Of a stretch of 20,000 bases of DNA, positions 9,493-17,922 are shown in pieces (position 1 is the stretch's first letter; the number at the start of each line of letters is the position of its first letter). The notes under the pieces are model-generated. The model was not told where the DNA came from, did no database searches, and saw only the letters and a program-made list of their open reading frames with translations. A program made the position numbers and the translations under genes. The stretch is taken from IMG/VR virus record IMGVR_UViG_3300029305_009755. One strand, given 5' to 3'. This DNA is from an uncultured virus (IMG/VR IMGVR_UViG_3300029305_009755). Lineage: Duplodnaviria > Heunggongvirae > Uroviricota > Caudoviricetes.

Positions 9493-12400
9493 TCACTCCT
9501 TTTCGGCGTCATCTCCCTGGAGAGGTTTCTCTCCGGGGAGGGGCGCTATATCTCCGAACATCGGCTGACCGTAGGGATGACCTTCCTTCTGGACCGCGAA
9601 CATACCCATCATCTCCCTGAGGGTGGGCATAGCAGATTTTTTCAAAGTGGTGTCGTAGCCCAGCTTCTCGATCTCCTTCAACTCCTGGCTCACATTGGAT
9701 ACGTTGGGTCCTGGAGATGCATCCGGAGTCTTAGCGGGTGCAGGTGCTGGATTCTCCTGAGCTTTATTGAACTCAGTAAGCGGATCGACATTCGGGCGCT
9801 CCTTTGGAGGATCATAGTCGCTGATCTTTGGGTCGGCAGTGTTGAACCTCTTGTTGAGGGTGTTGATCAGGAAATTGGGGTGGTCCTTGATACCGATCTG
9901 ATTCGCCAACGATCCCAGGGCCGTACCCATCAAACCACGATTGCCTCTCACCTGGTTCCTGATGTCCCTCAGAGGTGCTTGATCGTCCTCGAACAGTTTC
10001 TTGGCACCTAGGATGATATCATCATGCTTCTTCTTGTTCTCAGCCATCTTCGCTTCAAGGGTCGCCATCAACTCCTTGTCCTTCCTTGCCCTGGCCTTAT
10101 CGATCTCCATACGATCGGCCCTCATGGTGTCTTCAAGGGCCTTGTATTCGGGGTCCACCTTGGACATGTAGTGATCGTACGTCTCTGCGCCCGACTCGAA
10201 GAACCTGCGCCCTCCCATGTTGTATGCGGCATTGGCCAGATCATAAAGGTTGTTCTTGTACATGGGCGTCTTGCCGTACCAGATCAGATCCTTATCGTTG
10301 AGAGGTTCCTTGCCCTCATTCAATCCGAGGAGGTATGCTTCATTTTGGGCATCAGGTTTGAATGGGACCTTCTTATACCTGCTCATGCCATAGGCTTTGT
10401 CGATGTCCCTCTCGGGAATCTTCTCCATGAAGGGATTGGCCCCATGATACGGATCTCCGATCAGCTTGATCGATTTATCATCCTCACCATCCTTACTATC
10501 ATCTACCCAAGTATCGACGAGGGCGTTGTACTGATTGATTGCGGCATGGTAGTCTGGATGAAGGAATGAAAGCATATCCCCAGAGATCTTCTTAGGAGTC
10601 TTTCCGCGTAATGCATCAGAATCTCCTTTGAAATATGCAAGGATGTCCTTGAGGCTCTTCTCCTGTTTGTTCTTGACATTGGCCGGATCGAAATTGACCC
10701 TATCTTCCCTTATCTTACTCTGGGCCCTATATTTATCCAACAGATCTGGGTTGAGTATGTCCACACCCTGAGCATTCTTCACTATGAGTGGGAGATTCGA
10801 ACCTGTAGATATTCCCTGGAGGAACGAATTGGCCTTATCCAGTTTACCCGCATCCTCGGGAGACAGATTAGCCAGCACCTCTCCCAGTCCTGCTTTCGGA
10901 GGCTTCTTGGGGTTAAAGGTTCCGTCCGCTTTAGCCTGTTCTACAAGGGACTCAGATAATTTAGCTCTTAATTCGGGAACGGCCGAGAATATCTCTCTTT
11001 GGTATCTTTCAATAGGTGAATTCAATCCATTCAGGAACTCCTCATCATACATCTCCTCCCAAGAGGGTACGTTATCGGAGGTCTTGACTCCGCTGAGCTC
11101 CATCCTTCTCCTGAGATCACGGTCTGCCTGCTGACTCTCCCATGCACTGACCTTGGAAAGTTGGTCGGCACGCTCCAAGGCCTCCATAAGCTTGGGAGAG
11201 GTGACCTCATCGTCATCGGGCACTCCATCCAGACCCAGGCGGGACAGCATTCCAGTGACGTCACTATCACCACTCCTCCATGAATCGAAGAATCCGGCGA
11301 GCTGTTCATCAGATAGGTTCGCCAGATAGTTGCCAAGTGCAGACTGACCCTGTTCGGCACCTTTCATGGGGTTCCAACCACGGTCATCCCTATCCGGATC
11401 CAATCTCATGGAGTTCTGGATCTGGTCTATCCTATCCTGTTTGAACTTGTTCCTGTATTTGCCCTCTTTATCCCAATCCTCCAACATCCTGGTGGTTAGA
11501 TGCGCGAGCCTCATTCCGGTGGATTTATCGACAGATCCAGGGTATTTGGCCTCCAATGCATCCCAGAATGTCTTGGGGTCGAATGTCCCGCCCTCCTCTT
11601 CGGCCTTCTTTATCTTCTGGGCGATCTTGTTCTCGATCTTCTTGGTGAAGTGCTTGAGCAGCTCCCTGTCGACATCTTCATCGACATCAGCCATCATCTC
11701 CGAGATCCTCTGCTCGTTTTGCCTGCGGTCCATGGTCTTGGCCCTGTTGAGCTGACCTTCCTTCCTGTTCAGAAGCTTCTGGTATCCGGAAACGACCTGT
11801 TCGGGAGTCATCGTCTCGAACAGCGGGGTGCCGTCCTCATCCACTTTCAGATTGCCCTTCTCGTCATAATAGAGGGACCTGACCATCTTCTGAGCATGAT
11901 CGAAAGCGTCATCGATCATCCTGGTGACAGGATAGTTGGAATACTCCTGTCCATCCTCTCCTATGTAGCTCCTCTGGACCTTCGGGCTCAGGAACGCAGG
12001 GGCATCACCCGCAAGGGCACGTGTCACCATATGCTCGGCAAGCTGACTTGCCAATTCCTTGTTCCTGAGTTCCTCTCCTTTCCATTCCTCGTGACGATCC
12101 GCATCTTTCCTGTGGATCATATCATACATGCTGGAGACCAGATCGCGATTCTCGAAATCATCTTTGAACCTGTCGTACAATCCGTATGCGTCCTCGCCCA
12201 GCATCCTGGTGACATCGTTGGGGAGACGGTTCTTCATGAGGCCCCATGCGATACGCATCTCCATGGGGGCATCCATACGGATGGTCTCATCCATCATCTC
12301 ATCCAATTCAGCGACCGAAGCATTCGGATTGGTCTTCTGCAATGTCCTAAAGGCATCGTAGATATCGTTGAACACATACCTGAACCTGCCCTGCTGTGAT

Positions 12401-13020
12401 GTATTGAGGATATCCTCCAATCCGCGATTGTATGCATCCTGGTGACGACCTGCGATTATGTTCTCCTTATCCTTGGAGCTCAGGATGTACGGGACATCAG
12501 CGGGTACTCCAAGACCTGTACGGGGGTCGAGATCTTCTTCCATCAGGTCGTAGACAGATGCAGTCTGTGTCCCATCCTTCTTAAGATAGAACTTTCCCGG
12601 CATATGGGGGAAGTTGTACCATTTCAATCCACTCTCGCTCTGAGGTGCCCTTGAAGCAACAGTCTCATCACGTTCCTTCGGACGCTCCTGACCGATGTTC
12701 CCGTTACGGTCGATGTATGTGTTCAGCAATGCAGGCCTGATGTAACCCTGGAATGCTCCCCTCAGGTAATCGGGAGGCGCCTGTCCTTGATCCACGGCCC
12801 TCTGAGCCAGGTCCTTGAGGAACTGCCTCTTCCATCTGGCATAGCTCTTGAAACCATCCTCTCCATCTGCTTTCCTGATAGGTTTCGAAACAGCCTCCTT
12901 CACGGATCTGGTCACAGGCTCCGATTCCATATTCAGGGCACGTTTCATACCCTCTTCCCAAGGACGGATGGTACCCTTACGGATACCCATCATCCTTTCC
13001 ATATCCTCTTTGAATGTCAT
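9493..13020 (-). CDS. Large (1175 aa) hypothetical protein, candidate internal head/ejection protein
   Basis: Long uninterrupted ORF, charged and helical, no Cys. GGAG RBS overlapping the upstream stop. Terminal Met-rich motifs and K-G/K-A/K-S sites shared with the scaffold. Confidence 0.7.
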   Translation of the reverse strand: MTFKEDMERMMGIRKGTIRPWEEGMKRALNMESEPVTRSVKEAVSKPIRKADGEDGFKSYARWKRQFLKDLAQRAVDQGQAPPDYLRGAFQGYIRPALLNTYIDRNGNIGQERPKERDETVASRAPQSESGLKWYNFPHMPGKFYLKKDGTQTASVYDLMEEDLDPRTGLGVPADVPYILSSKDKENIIAGRHQDAYNRGLEDILNTSQQGRFRYVFNDIYDAFRTLQKTNPNASVAELDEMMDETIRMDAPMEMRIAWGLMKNRLPNDVTRMLGEDAYGLYDRFKDDFENRDLVSSMYDMIHRKDADRHEEWKGEELRNKELASQLAEHMVTRALAGDAPAFLSPKVQRSYIGEDGQEYSNYPVTRMIDDAFDHAQKMVRSLYYDEKGNLKVDEDGTPLFETMTPEQVVSGYQKLLNRKEGQLNRAKTMDRRQNEQRISEMMADVDEDVDRELLKHFTKKIENKIAQKIKKAEEEGGTFDPKTFWDALEAKYPGSVDKSTGMRLAHLTTRMLEDWDKEGKYRNKFKQDRIDQIQNSMRLDPDRDDRGWNPMKGAEQGQSALGNYLANLSDEQLAGFFDSWRSGDSDVTGMLSRLGLDGVPDDDEVTSPKLMEALERADQLSKVSAWESQQADRDLRRRMELSGVKTSDNVPSWEEMYDEEFLNGLNSPIERYQREIFSAVPELRAKLSESLVEQAKADGTFNPKKPPKAGLGEVLANLSPEDAGKLDKANSFLQGISTGSNLPLIVKNAQGVDILNPDLLDKYRAQSKIREDRVNFDPANVKNKQEKSLKDILAYFKGDSDALRGKTPKKISGDMLSFLHPDYHAAINQYNALVDTWVDDSKDGEDDKSIKLIGDPYHGANPFMEKIPERDIDKAYGMSRYKKVPFKPDAQNEAYLLGLNEGKEPLNDKDLIWYGKTPMYKNNLYDLANAAYNMGGRRFFESGAETYDHYMSKVDPEYKALEDTMRADRMEIDKARARKDKELMATLEAKMAENKKKHDDIILGAKKLFEDDQAPLRDIRNQVRGNRGLMGTALGSLANQIGIKDHPNFLINTLNKRFNTADPKISDYDPPKERPNVDPLTEFNKAQENPAPAPAKTPDASPGPNVSNVSQELKEIEKLGYDTTLKKSAMPTLREMMGMFAVQKEGHPYGQPMFGDIAPLPGEKPLQGDDAEKE

Positions 13021-13024
13021 ATGC

Positions 13025-13765
13025 TCATCTCCTTTCCATCATGGTCTTCAGATCAGGCATGAACCTCGGAGTCGGCTCATAAGGCCCCTCTGGCACCATG
13101 GGTCTTGCAGAATCCCTGTAGAATATCTCGTTTTCAAGGTCACGATCATAATCCCACTTATCGGCAGATCTGTCCCTTTGAGAATATGGTGCATATGCGT
13201 TTTCTTTGTCGAATTTTTCCTCATCTCTCGCATCGGCTGCACGATCCTCGGTGTAATTGACCTTTCCACCGATGTCTGGAGCGGAACCGTGAGTCTGATA
13301 TGAGTCCCTCCTGAGTTCCACTTCGGGGTTCTCTTCAGGGAATCCGAATATCCTATCCTTCGCCATGGAATTCGGTTCTCCCAACACCTCTCCTGTGAAA
13401 GGATCTGTGAAGAATGGATCTGCTACTGTTTCCGATGTGCCTATGGATGGGAGGGATCTTTCATTGCCCTGGACGTCCATGGCACGGTTGCTGGTCATTG
13501 AGGTGGTGTCGTTCCTGGCACCACGCCCTGTGGGGAATCCCAACCTCTCCCTCTTCGCGATCCCGCAGGCCTTCTCGTAGACCTCCTGCCTGCCCTTCTC
13601 GAACATGGCCTTGAATGACTCCATGCCATCGGGCGAGATGTCCTCTGTGAGGTCCTCTTGACCGTGATCGTCCTCAGGGGACTCGGAAGACACCATCACG
13701 GTGAGTGATATGACCGTCTGGCCCTCTTCCATAGGGGCATCACACGGTTTCTCCGTATCTGTCAT
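13025..13765 (-). CDS. Acidic hypothetical protein, candidate internal head protein
   Basis: 246 aa from ATG 13765; the longer track ORF would overlap the recombinase. TATAATAA box about 25 nt upstream. Motifs MESFKAMFEKG and MPDLKTMM. Confidence 0.65.
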   Translation of the reverse strand: MTDTEKPCDAPMEEGQTVISLTVMVSSESPEDDHGQEDLTEDISPDGMESFKAMFEKGRQEVYEKACGIAKRERLGFPTGRGARNDTTSMTSNRAMDVQGNERSLPSIGTSETVADPFFTDPFTGEVLGEPNSMAKDRIFGFPEENPEVELRRDSYQTHGSAPDIGGKVNYTEDRAADARDEEKFDKENAYAPYSQRDRSADKWDYDRDLENEIFYRDSARPMVPEGPYEPTPRFMPDLKTMMERR

Positions 13766-13781
13766 GAGACGAGGATGGCTG

Positions 13782-13799
13782 TCGTGGTTATTATATGAA
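13782..13799 (-). promoter_or_regulatory. TATA-like promoter with AATAACCACGA motif
   Basis: The minus strand reads TTCATATAATAACCACGA, ending 16 nt before ATG 13765. The 11-mer recurs at 16678-16688. Confidence 0.45.
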
Positions 13800-13901
13800 T
13801 GCACGTTCGTACAGTCGCCGAGAAAACACCTGCTATGCTCATATACATCGTAACGAGTTACATATAACATGGATACGATTACTGCACCTTCAACCGCACG
13901 C

Positions 13902-14801
13902 ATGATGACCGCCATATACGCACAATCCGACCTGGATTCGGACATATCCGTGTTCATATCGTCCCTGAGGGTCAAGGGACGCAGGGAATCCACCCTCAGG
14001 ACCTACAGGGAGGCCCTCAGAAGCGTTTTCCGCACCCTGGAATCCGATTATGGAATGGTGGTCGACCCCAGGACGCTCTCCGCACAGGATTTCGGGTACC
14101 TCAGGTCGGTTCTGACCGTGTGTGACAGCTCGAAGAAGCTCTATCTGCTGGTATTGGGGCTGTTCGTGGGCTTCCTGACCGGCTACAACCCCCGCCAGGA
14201 AGCGGATCTGCTGTGGAACGAGGACGACAAGCGCAGGCTGTTCATCACGCCCGAGCAGTTCAAGGTCATGATGTACCGCGGGACCCCTCTGGAACGCCTG
14301 ATCCTGTCCCTCGGTGCATACATGGGGCTGAGGAGGTCGGAGATGGCGGGTATAAGGCTCGGTGACCTGTCCAACGGGCACCTCAAGGTCAGAGGGAAGG
14401 GACATGGGCCCGATGGCAAGACCATGGATCTGTTCGTACCGCTGAAGGTTCAGAGGTGCATCGACGCCTGGATGGTGGAGAGGGAGCGCATAGTAACGAC
14501 CACAGGCTCTCTGGACGACCATCTGATCCTGTCACAGGGCAGGAACATCGGCAAGGGCACCACGGGCAACAGGATAGGGGATATCGTCAAGGCCCTGGGT
14601 AGAAGATGCGGGGTGACATTGACCGCACATTCCCTGCGCAGGCTCCACGCCACGGCATTGTACTCTCAAGGGGTGGATCTGAACACGATCAGGCTGATGA
14701 TGAGGCACGCATCGTTGAACACGACGCTCACATGCTATATCCAGGCCAACCCCGAGAACATGACATCCGCCAGGAAGGCGTTGGAGGGGGTGCTGGATTA
14801 A
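13902..14801 (+). CDS. Tyrosine recombinase (integrase/XerC-D family)
   Basis: Catalytic set GLRRSE (R), VRGKG (K), HSLRR (H-x-x-R), MRH (H) and TLTCY (Y). N-terminal SAM-like domain (RESTLRTY). Alternative start at 13869. Confidence 0.93.
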   Translation: MMTAIYAQSDLDSDISVFISSLRVKGRRESTLRTYREALRSVFRTLESDYGMVVDPRTLSAQDFGYLRSVLTVCDSSKKLYLLVLGLFVGFLTGYNPRQEADLLWNEDDKRRLFITPEQFKVMMYRGTPLERLILSLGAYMGLRRSEMAGIRLGDLSNGHLKVRGKGHGPDGKTMDLFVPLKVQRCIDAWMVERERIVTTTGSLDDHLILSQGRNIGKGTTGNRIGDIVKALGRRCGVTLTAHSLRRLHATALYSQGVDLNTIRLMMRHASLNTTLTCYIQANPENMTSARKALEGVLD

Positions 14802-14808
14802 GGGGTTT

Positions 14809-14828
14809 GAAGGGGCCGAAGCCCCTTC
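14809..14828. terminator. Hairpin between convergent recombinase and fibre genes
   Basis: GAAGGGGC-CGAA-GCCCCTTC, a perfect 8-bp stem. Confidence 0.7.
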
Positions 14829-14834
14829 GGGTCA

Positions 14835-16283
14835 TCAGGGAGAGACGACGACGGTGATTGCACCGAGATCGACGTTTCCGGAGATGGTGACATTGTTGGT
14901 GTCGGTGTAGACCACTTCGGCGTAGATGATGGCGCCGGTTGTGGTGTTGTAGACCGAGACCTGGGGGTACTCGATACCAAGGTTGTGGGTGACTACCTGT
15001 GTGGTACCTGCTGAAGAGAAGACCTCCTTGCGCCTGACCTTCTTGACCTCTGCGGTGAAGTCGGAGATCTTGGCTGCAGTCAGAGCGGGGATGTCTCCTG
15101 CCTCGAGTGCGGCACCGGAAGTGACGATACCCTCGGTGTTGACAGTGACCTTGGTGTAGGTTCCGCCGGTCTGGGTGACCTTTGCGGCCTTGCCTGCGAT
15201 GGCGGAGTCCAGCTGTCCCATCTTGGTGTCGTATGTGGACTGGTCGACCTTATCTGCGACATCATCCTCGAGTGTACCGATCTTGGTGGAGTTGGAAGAT
15301 ACGTTGCCCTCGATCTCCTGGACCTTGGCATTGTATGCGGTCTGATCGACCTTGGTTCCGATGGACTGGTTGAGTGTGGAGACCTGTCCGTTGACGAACT
15401 CGGTGGTTGCATATGCGGTGAGGTCTGTGATTCCACCGAGGGCATCCCATGCGTTTCCGTCCCAGACGACGTTGGTTCCCGCAGGTCCGTATGTGGATGC
15501 AGCTGTGATGTTGTAGACATCTCCCTTTGCTGCTCCAGAGGGCAGTGCGGACTCGTTGGCAACCGTTCCCATGACACGGTAGACGGATGCGACCTTCGCA
15601 TTGATCGCAGAGTCAACCTCGCCCTTGGAGTAGGTCTCGGTCTTCTTGTAATAGTCGGCGAGTTTGGTGTCGACCTGGGTGGAGGTGTAGACATCAGCAG
15701 AGTTGGCCTTCGCGTTGATCTTGCCCTCGAGCTCGGTCTTGAGAGACTCTGCCTCGGAGTCGGTGAATGCATCCGCCTTGTCCTGCTTGGTGGCGATGTT
15801 GGTCTCCAATGCGGAGACACGGGTCAGAAGGGAATCTCCACCCTCTCCGGTGGATCCGACTGCGGTCTTCAGGGCTGCGATGTCGGTCTTGTTCTGTGTG
15901 TTGTCTCCCTCGAGTGTAGAAACCTTGCCCTCGAGAGTGTCGATGTCACCCTCAGCGGTATCGACCCTTCCAGTAAGGGCGGTGATGGCGGACTCGTTGG
16001 CTGCAGCCTTGGTTGCGTTTGCCTCGATGGAGGACTGTGCTGTCGTCTTCCAGGTCTCCAGTGCTGTGACACGTCCTGCGACCTCGTCTGCAGAGGACGC
16101 CTGACCGAGTTTGACGACTGCGGCACCGGTATCGACGTACAGACCAGCATCATCACCTGTGACGTACACGATCCTTCCAGGATAACTGGAACCGGGTTTG
16201 GAATCGACGTTCTCCACGGCAACGTTCTTGATCTCGTTGCCTTTCAAATCAATGTTCGTTGCGAACTCTAGATTTTTCGACAT
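14835..16283 (-). CDS. Tail/head fibre-like structural protein
   Basis: 482 aa with heptad coiled-coil repeats (RVTALE, RVDTAE, KVSTLE, RVSALE), VVWDGNAWDALGG, GTYTKVTVNTEGIVTSG..DIP.L.A.KI and C-terminal VTHNLG..YPQVSVY, all common in phage fibre proteins. Confidence 0.75.
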   Translation of the reverse strand: MSKNLEFATNIDLKGNEIKNVAVENVDSKPGSSYPGRIVYVTGDDAGLYVDTGAAVVKLGQASSADEVAGRVTALETWKTTAQSSIEANATKAAANESAITALTGRVDTAEGDIDTLEGKVSTLEGDNTQNKTDIAALKTAVGSTGEGGDSLLTRVSALETNIATKQDKADAFTDSEAESLKTELEGKINAKANSADVYTSTQVDTKLADYYKKTETYSKGEVDSAINAKVASVYRVMGTVANESALPSGAAKGDVYNITAASTYGPAGTNVVWDGNAWDALGGITDLTAYATTEFVNGQVSTLNQSIGTKVDQTAYNAKVQEIEGNVSSNSTKIGTLEDDVADKVDQSTYDTKMGQLDSAIAGKAAKVTQTGGTYTKVTVNTEGIVTSGAALEAGDIPALTAAKISDFTAEVKKVRRKEVFSSAGTTQVVTHNLGIEYPQVSVYNTTTGAIIYAEVVYTDTNNVTISGNVDLGAITVVVSP

Positions 16284-16419
16284 GTCTATCTATCCTGTAC
16301 CCAAAAAGATGGGTTACAGATGTGGATAGGTCCTGTGATATTTAGACGTGGACCCTGATAAGATGGGGTTTGCCCCAATCCAGGGGCTGGGTGTTCGATC
16401 ACTTGTCGGGCCTGATCTC

Positions 16420-16662
16420 CTAGTGTTCCTCTTCACACTCCGCGAGACGGGTCTGGACCATGAGGGCCATCTCCGCCTTGGAGGGCCTTCCGGGACCCCT
16501 GCGCGAATACATCCTCGGATTCATGCTCACGGAGCAACGGGATACGTGCTTCTTGGCATATTCATCGGTACAGTCAGCGAGCGATTTCAGGCAATAGGGA
16601 CAGACTAGGACATCCGGTAACGCCATGTCCTCCCCGCAGCATTTGCATTTCACAATATGCAT
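16420..16662 (-). CDS. Small Zn-finger protein with AT-hook-like motif
   Basis: CKCC, CPYC..H...C and RRGPGRPSK. It is the only called gene ending in TAG. Confidence 0.6.
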   Translation of the reverse strand: MHIVKCKCCGEDMALPDVLVCPYCLKSLADCTDEYAKKHVSRCSVSMNPRMYSRRGPGRPSKAEMALMVQTRLAECEEEH

Positions 16663-16733
16663 GATGATCAAGAGATTTCGTGGTTATTGAACTTTAACCC
16701 CTAGGGCTCCGATGATGGGTGAGTGAAGAATAA

Positions 16734-16760
16734 GGAAGGGGGGTGGAGATCCCCCCTTCC
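16734..16760. terminator. Strong GC hairpin
   Basis: GGAAGGGGGG-TGGAGAT-CCCCCCTTCC, a perfect 10-bp stem. Confidence 0.65.
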
Positions 16761-16971
16761 GACCTTTCTTGGAGACATGAATCTAAGCAGGAGCTTTAGA
16801 CGGGTGAAAGGTAGCCGTCAAGGTGGCCTGCCTGAGTAGATGATATGAGACTCGCTGTATTTATAACCAGGCCCCCGAGTCGGATTGGAATTATAAAAGG
16901 ATATTCCCGATTTTCTCCTTAAATAGCCTTCACGTTGGAATAATTGACCACAAAAGGTCAGGAGGTGTACC

Positions 16972-17922
16972 ATGGCAGAGGAGATGACACTCAACGAGCA
17001 TCACAGCGAAGTGATGCACCAGCTGTGTGATATCGACAAAGATGTGGGAACTCTCATTAAAATGGAGGCTGAGGAATCTATGACAGGCGCATACGACAGC
17101 GGAATGCTGGCTGGAATGCTTGCAAACAAGAACAACGACAACGACATCTGGGCATACCTCGCCAACTGTCGCAATAACGGCAGTTGGGGAGATGGGGATG
17201 GACTCATGTTCCTCCTCCTGGTGCTGCTCTTGGGCGGCGGAGGCTTCGGAGGCTGGGGCAACAGGGGCCTCGACGGAGTCGCAGGTGTCGACAGGACCGT
17301 CGTCAACACCAGCAACTACGAGATGCTCATGGGAGCCATCCGTGGCAACGACCAGCAGATGCAGACCCTTGCGGCATCCCTGAACTGTGACATCGGACAG
17401 CTCAAGGCCGCACTCTGCGGAATCGACAAGCAGATCGCACTCACTCAGGGCGACATCACCCACGCTCTCGACCAGTGTTGCTGCAGGCTCGGATCCAAGA
17501 TTGACCACAACCTGTTCGAACTGAGCAAGCAGTCATCCGAGGGATTCTGCGGAACCAACCTCAACATCGAGAGGACACAGAATGCACTCCAGAGGCAGCT
17601 CAGCGAATGTTGCTGTGAGCAGAGGGTCGCTACCGCAGACCTCAAGTACAACATGGCATCTCAGTTCGCTGCACAGTCCTTCACGATCCAGCAGGCCTTT
17701 GCAGATCAGAACGCATATCTTGCCAAGGAGTTCTGCGCGATTAAGAGCAGGGAAGATGCCAGGGAGATCCAGGACCTTCGCGACAAGCTCGCAGACGCCA
17801 AGGCTGATGCCAGGGCTCTTGCCACAGTCTCTGCCGTGAACTCTGCAAGGACATTCAACGGAACTTTGGACGCCACGACTGGCGTGTTCTCCGGGAACGT
17901 GCCCCAGAATGTCTTTCCTTGA
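16972..17922 (+). CDS. Gly/Cys-rich membrane-anchored coiled-coil protein of unknown function
   Basis: GGAGGTG RBS. Hydrophobic LMFLLLVLLL followed by GGGGFGGWG, then QCCC and ECCCE motifs and a C-terminal IQDLRDKL coiled coil. The pattern resembles an uncharacterised family I recall from gut phages. Confidence 0.8.
   Translation: MAEEMTLNEHHSEVMHQLCDIDKDVGTLIKMEAEESMTGAYDSGMLAGMLANKNNDNDIWAYLANCRNNGSWGDGDGLMFLLLVLLLGGGGFGGWGNRGLDGVAGVDRTVVNTSNYEMLMGAIRGNDQQMQTLAASLNCDIGQLKAALCGIDKQIALTQGDITHALDQCCCRLGSKIDHNLFELSKQSSEGFCGTNLNIERTQNALQRQLSECCCEQRVATADLKYNMASQFAAQSFTIQQAFADQNAYLAKEFCAIKSREDAREIQDLRDKLADAKADARALATVSAVNSARTFNGTLDATTGVFSGNVPQNVFP

Noticed and set aside
126..13300. Long plus-strand ORFs (e.g. 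1616-3037, 5629-6651, 7483-8889, 11500-12399)
   Set aside because: They are antisense shadows of well-supported minus-strand genes in GC-rich coding DNA, with no recognisable motifs.
13840..13870. dif/attP-like site upstream of the recombinase (GTAAC-GA-GTTAC)
   Set aside because: The arms are only 5 bp, too weak to call.
13766..13993. N-terminal extension of ORF 13025-13993 (and similarly 9387-9512, 4704-4769)
   Set aside because: The extensions overlap neighbouring genes or promoters; downstream ATGs fit TATA spacing or stop-start coupling better.
16777..16839. 20-aa plus-strand ORF MNLSRSFRRVKGSRQGGLPE as a type I toxin
   Set aside because: It is not hydrophobic, the RBS spacing is too short, and there is no supporting evidence.
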